From Nemertoderma westbladi (lineage: Eukaryota > Animalia > Xenacoelomorpha), in contig JAUCBJ010002949.1 in NCBI GenBank assembly GCA_032718475.1, forward strand, positions 105,102-169,101: a stretch of DNA of 64,000 nt, in the 5' to 3' direction. The translations under genes and the position numbers were made by a program. The notes under the pieces were generated by a model, which was not told where the DNA came from, searched no databases, and saw only the letters and a list, made by a program, of their open reading frames with translations. Positions 58,222-64,000 of the stretch are shown here, piece by piece. Every line of letters starts with the position of its first letter. The first letter of the stretch is position 1.

Positions 58222-59340
58222 CCGACTAGTAGTCGCAATTTCGTTTCTCCCAAGTTCAGTATCCCTTTCAAGTTGATCTATATATGTTATCTTTCCATGA
58301 GTTGGTTGCCAGAAAAGTAGATCTGGTATGACCTCGTCTTTACTTCGCCAGCAGTGCCCACTGAATCTTAATCTGCGTTCACGGAGGGTGGTTGATACAG
58401 GCGGTATTGTACCATAAAGCTCGGCGTTTGTCCAGCCAAGCTGTTTCTTTTTTCGTTTTTTTTTCCCCTCACTATTCTGGTGCAATATATATTTGGTATC
58501 GGTACTTGTTTAGTTCAGAGTCTTCTTTTTACATATGCATTATGCAAAGCATAATATCTATTTTATTTAATATTCCTATCCTATTTTATTTAATATTCCT
58601 ATCCTATTTTATTTAATATTCCGTAACACTATAACTTATATCTGAATATTGTGTCGCCCCACTATATGTACTTACTAATTCGTCCCTGCTATGCAATTTA
58701 TTCTGCGTGTAAATCGAACTCTATGACAACTATTGTGTAATTTGTACATATTTTTATTATGATGTCGCCGTGTGCGAATGAAATAAACGAATAATAAAAT
58801 GTCATGTGTTGTCTCCAGCTGATGTTTAGGGCTGCCCTTAGTAGTCTTGTGTAGCAACCATCAATTCGTTGTTCAATTGATTTAGTCAGTGTCCAGGTCT
58901 CACCACCGTATAAAAATACACTTTCCGCTGTGGCTCGAAAGAACTTAGTCTTCAGGTGCCTGGAGAGATCTGATTTCCAGATGGTATCCATTTTTGATAG
59001 AGCTACCCAAGCCTTTGCTTTCCTAACTTCTATGTCCTTTTTGCTACTCTCTATCCATGATCCAAGGTACTGGAAGTCGTCGACCTTCCTTAGTTGATTA
59101 TTATCAATGGTTGTCAAGTTTCCATCAACATTAAAGGTCATGAATTCGGTCTTGGTAGCATTTATATATATGAAATCCAACCTCCTTAGCAGGCCTCTCC
59201 ACTTTATTTAGTAGTAGCTGTGCATCTGCTAGCGTTTTAGAGAGCAGGGCGATGTCATTCGCAAAGTCTGTGTCTGTGACTGTAGTTACCGGATATCTAC
59301 TACTTATGCGTTCTTGAAGTGAGAATCCCAGATCTTCACC
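58222..59340 (-). mobile_element. Decayed RTE-clade LINE RT fragment
   Basis: DFANDIALL, INATKTEFM, FQYLGSWI, ESVFLYGGETWTL, RRLRFSGHCWR; split by an AT-rich insertion at ~58440-58800. Confidence 0.85.
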
Positions 59341-59634
59341 CTTTTTTTTTATTTAAAACTTATAATTTACATATATAACTTATAAGATATAACTTATTAT
59401 ATATTTACATATATAACTTATAATTTAAGGAATTAATTATTACTAAACAAGATTTCCATCATTTTGATTACTTTATAAATGAATTACTCTACATTAGTTG
59501 CTGTTGCTATAAATTAATGCTTTAATTATTTCAAAAAATTATCGAAATTTATAATGGATTTATTCTGTTATTAGTTTTCGAATTATAATAGAATATAGCA
59601 GCCTCCTATCAGGCATCAGTATAAGTGTACAACA

Positions 59635-60351
59635 ATGGGATGTCATCATACCAAATCACTCTATGCTGTTTACTTGGCAGTAAACATTACTGTCTGTTAC
59701 AGTGTAATGTGTTATCATGAAGTTGCAGTAAATGTTACATCTATTAATCAAGTGTTAAAACAAGAGGTGCTTGGTAAAATTGCAATTCTACAAAATAGCA
59801 ATGCAGAAGATACCAAACGTGCAGGGCTCACAACTTCTCGATATGAAATAGAAAATATTCGAAACAATTGCACCGAATGTCTTGAAGGTTTCTACCGAAG
59901 TATCGGTGTTCATGAAGATAGTGGTGATGAGATCATGGTTGATGTATATCTTGCAAGGTGCACGATAATAGGAAATGATAACCCATTTGAACACATCTGC
60001 TTTGCTCTAGATGAAGAGAGATGCGTACTATTGAGAGATCAACTTCTACAAGACCATAGCACATCAGATCGCGATGCCGACCCTGAGCTAGATCGATTTT
60101 TCCGCCAGATGTTATACCTTCAGGAACATCTGCTATTCGGATTGTCCCTCACATACGATTCATGTCAATCCAAGTGCTGTGCTGGTAAGTGTTCCGGTGA
60201 CCTAACCTGGGAAGTTGGTTTAGCTACAACAACTAGCAGCCCACACATTGAAACAACAGAAGAGTTAATTACCACAGAAAGCAGTTCGGTGATCCCCAAA
60301 CCTCTAATAGCTATGGTTTTATTGATAGTTACATTTAATGCGGTAGCTTAG
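59635..60351 (+). CDS. Putative host gene: Cys-rich secreted or GPI-anchored protein, 238 aa
   Basis: Open frame in AT-rich DNA; N-terminal hydrophobic segment, many Cys, Thr/Ser-rich stalk, hydrophobic C-terminus; AATAAA near 60468. Confidence 0.65.
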   Translation: MGCHHTKSLYAVYLAVNITVCYSVMCYHEVAVNVTSINQVLKQEVLGKIAILQNSNAEDTKRAGLTTSRYEIENIRNNCTECLEGFYRSIGVHEDSGDEIMVDVYLARCTIIGNDNPFEHICFALDEERCVLLRDQLLQDHSTSDRDADPELDRFFRQMLYLQEHLLFGLSLTYDSCQSKCCAGKCSGDLTWEVGLATTTSSPHIETTEELITTESSSVIPKPLIAMVLLIVTFNAVA

Positions 60352-60511
60352 ATGAATTATTTAAGCAATTCAGACTGACAATACCATTCAAACTTTACTT
60401 AACTCATAAACTATATCCAAATACTCATTACTTTGTAATAATTCTTATAACTAAAATTATTATATTTAATAAATATAATTATATAATATATTATAGGCCT
60501 ATATCATATCA

Positions 60512-61548
60512 TTTTGAACAAACAGTTTTAATTGACATATACGATGCTATAAATTGACATTTTCAGATTTGCTGGGGCTCTGATTCTAATGGAATACATT
60601 TTATTGGAATGGAATGGAATTCATTCTAATTTATAGAATCAGTGCTTCTCGTATTTTTCCACATAACATGGCAAATTTTGGTGCTTGCACCATATTTCGT
60701 ACGCATCATCAAAATGTACAAGTTTGAGATGCCCTGTGCCGTTTTTATTGTTTCCATCGAATTCAGGACCCTCATAAACCCGTATAACGCAAGAATCAAG
60801 ATGATACTATCTATTGATCAATTTGCCTTTTTTCAAAAATTTGGTGCTGGCACAAAAGGTTTCACCAACCGCTGAAAAATACCAGTTTGAGTACTCTTAT
60901 GCAATTTTAACTTATTCCATTGAATTCACAACCCCCACAAATCCGTATAACGCAAGAAACGAGTTGATACAATCAATTTATATACGTATATGATGAATTT
61001 CAAAATTTAGTGCTAGCACCCAATTTTGCACTTTTAAAAATACAAGCCGGAGATGTCTAGTTAGATAATTATTTATTCCATTGAATTCAGAATCCACATC
61101 TTTATGCGAGAAATAAGTTGTCACAACCAATAATTAAAATATTGAATAGATTTTCAAAATTTCGTGCTGGCGCTAAATTTTGCACAAAGCAACGAAAAAT
61201 AAATGTTTGACATGCTTGGTGCAACTCATATATTTTCATTCGAAACCAGAACCCCAAAAGCCCTATTGCGAACAATCAATTTGCAAAATTGACATATTAG
61301 AAAATTTGGTGCTAGGACCAAAATTTGGCTTTCGCCGAAAAATTTTTTTAGCTTATTTTGTAAGAATTCCATCAAAAATAGATATGTTACAAGTCATATT
61401 TCATGAAATGTAATTTTCAGAAAACATCTCAAAAAAAAGGTACCAAAAGCAGGTTTCAAAAATATGCCATAACTCTAAAACTTTCAAGATTTTAAAAAAC
61501 CGTTCTCACTATTAGGAAGATAATAGATTTTTAGGACAAGTCATAAAA
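60512..61548 (-). mobile_element. Diverged inverted copy of the 56.9-58.0 kb DNA transposon arm
   Basis: Colinear reverse-complement similarity to ~56900-57985. Confidence 0.75.
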
Positions 61549-63239
61549 TATTTTTCAAACTCATCGAAAATTGATAAAATTAGTCCCTTTAATATTTTTA
61601 GTATATTGGCAAACATGAATTTTGTTTAAATACTGCTTATTCTAGAACAAATTAATGTTTCTTCATTAAACCTTCCTTATGTCCCTACGTACCCAACACC
61701 ACCACCACCCCTGCCATTTCTTTAAACTAGCTACCGGAAATTTTTGAAGATTTGTTTGATAGGTTCTAAAACATATGTTGGTATTATAAAGATATTTATG
61801 GTAAAAAAAAACATTCTAGAATAAGAAAAACATGTTCTGGGACTATTATTTTTAAGAATGGAAACTTTTCTGACCAATAAAATTATTGCAAAATCTAGTT
61901 ATATTTGCGAATGATTTCATAATACTTGTTGACTTTTTAATAAAATGTTCTAGAACTTATGCAAAAATAAAAAATATCAACAATTAGCAAGTATGTATAT
62001 TGTATATGATTTGTTCTCTTTTTTAATTAGTTTTTGACTATACAAATTATTCTAGAACAATATTTTCATTAACTCAGATGCAATTCGCGGCTGTTTCATG
62101 CTCACCATTAATACAATCGACGTTAAATTTGGATATGTTCCAAAATGTAGCCTACTATATTTATCGTTAAATAAGTAAAATGACACAATAACTGAGTAGG
62201 TTGCCTTTATTCCATTCCTTTTGTTTCCAGTATTATTAATGTTGTTGGGCGTATCCTAAATCTATATGTCAGATTTAGTTACTAACTTTGATTAGATTTA
62301 TTTTATAATTAATTTGGAAGTCAATGTTTGTATCCTATGATTCATGTTAGTTTTCTTGACGTTTTTTCCATAAAACATTCTAGAATAACAATGACGATTT
62401 ACATTTTTAGTGATTTCAGATAAATTAAAGATTATGCTATATAAATAAATCCCGATATAATATATTAAATTATTTTCTTCTAACTTTTAGAGAGATTCTA
62501 GTTAAGATATTGTTAAATCGAATGTAAAATTTTAGAATATTGATGTTTCTGTGTTTATATTGACAGAAATATTGAGGAATTTATGTGCAGCCTCATAAAT
62601 TAATTAATGATTTAATTACTATCTCATAATATATCGTGACCATAGAGCCAGAACAACACATAGCACAATTTCTAAAAAAATTTATCTCACCAAAATGACG
62701 CATGATGGCATTATGCATCTTATATTAAAATCCTAAAGCCGTATATTGGTCTATTTAGAAGTTATTATTGAGGTAATAAGAGAACCCACACAACACTAAA
62801 GTTGGAAAATCTCAGAGGTAAAACAACCCAGACCACACAAATCCAAAGTCATGGAAGTTGTGTGAGTTGTTATTTCTCTATGCCAAAAAAATCCCAGAGG
62901 TAAAAAACCCTCACAGGTAAAGAGAAATGTTAATTGTGTCGTTGTGCCACTCTTTAATGGGGGATACTTTTTGGTATGTGTTGTTCTCTGGCTCTATGCT
63001 CACTATATTAGAGTATGTTTAATAGTTATATCGGATAGTACTTTTATCTCCTTAAAGATACCTTAGTAATTTTAATCGACGATGATATATACATTCTAAC
63101 GCGGTCGAAAATGCAAGTAATGCAATCAACATGAATTGTATATGATATTCTCATCAATGCGTCAACGTTTTTGTTTTCGGTGAGACATAAATAACCATAA
63201 ATAGTGAATTATTTGTATCTATATTACAATCGATGAAAT

Positions 63240-64000
63240 ACATATATATATATAGGGGTTATATTCGTTTATATATATATATAATTTAACCAACACATAA
63301 TAAAATATATATTTATCAAACCGCACCATAAAGTAGGTTGGCACATATATATGGCTTACTATTCGTTTATCTATATAATTTAACAAACACATTATAAAAA
63401 ATATATATATCATACCGCACCATAAAGTAGGTTGACACATATATATGGCTTACTATTCGTTTATCTATATAAATTAACCAACACATAATAAAATATATAT
63501 TTATCATACCGCACCATAAAGTAGGTTGACACATATATATGGCTTACTATTCGTTTATCTATATAATTTAACCAACACATAATAAAATATATATTTATTA
63601 AACCGCACCATAAAGTAGGTTGGCACATATATATATGGATTACTATTCGTTTATCTATATCATTTAATCAACACATAATACAATATATATTTATCATACC
63701 GCACCATAAAGTAAGTTGACACATAAAAGGCTTACTATACGTTTATCTATATAAATTAACCAACACATAATACAATAAATATTTATCACACCGCACCATA
63801 AAGTAGTTTGACACATATATATGGCTTACTATTCGTTTATCTATATAATTTAATCAACACATAATACAATATATATTTATCATACCGCACCATAAAGTAA
63901 GTTGACACATAAAAGGCTTACTATACGTTTATCTATATAAATTAACCAACACATAATAAAATATATATTTATCATACCGCACCATAAAGTAGTTTGACAC
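63240..64000. repeat. AT-rich tandem repeat, ~94-bp unit, about 8 copies, runs off the window
   Basis: Recurring CCGCACCATAAAGTAGGTTGACAC...GGCTTACTATTCGTTTATCTATATAA. Confidence 0.95.

Overview
Eukaryotic, probably invertebrate animal, DNA made almost entirely of nested transposable elements. It is dominated by four copies (A-D) of one BEL/Pao-type LTR retrotransposon family. Copy B (10311-25530, +, TSD GTGAC) and copy D (41853-53860, -, TSD CGTGA, inserted in copy C) are complete and have near-identical LTR pairs. Both carry the same two in-frame deletions that remove reverse transcriptase, most of RNase H and integrase. In the env position, B has an intact 1417-aa ORF with a DEDDy-type (WRN/EXD/Mut-7-like) 3'-5' exonuclease domain and zinc knuckles. 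This ORF is preceded by an RNA structure supported by compensatory base changes (IRES candidate). The elements have no tRNA primer-binding site. Instead the LTR 3' part folds into a covarying structure that pairs with the LTR terminus, which suggests non-canonical priming. The rest of the window holds decayed ORFs of a related older element, CR1/L2-, CRE- and RTE-type LINE fragments, MITEs, one host-like secreted/GPI-type ORF and a ~94-bp tandem repeat. All calls come from reading motifs and comparing copies by eye; no database searches were run.
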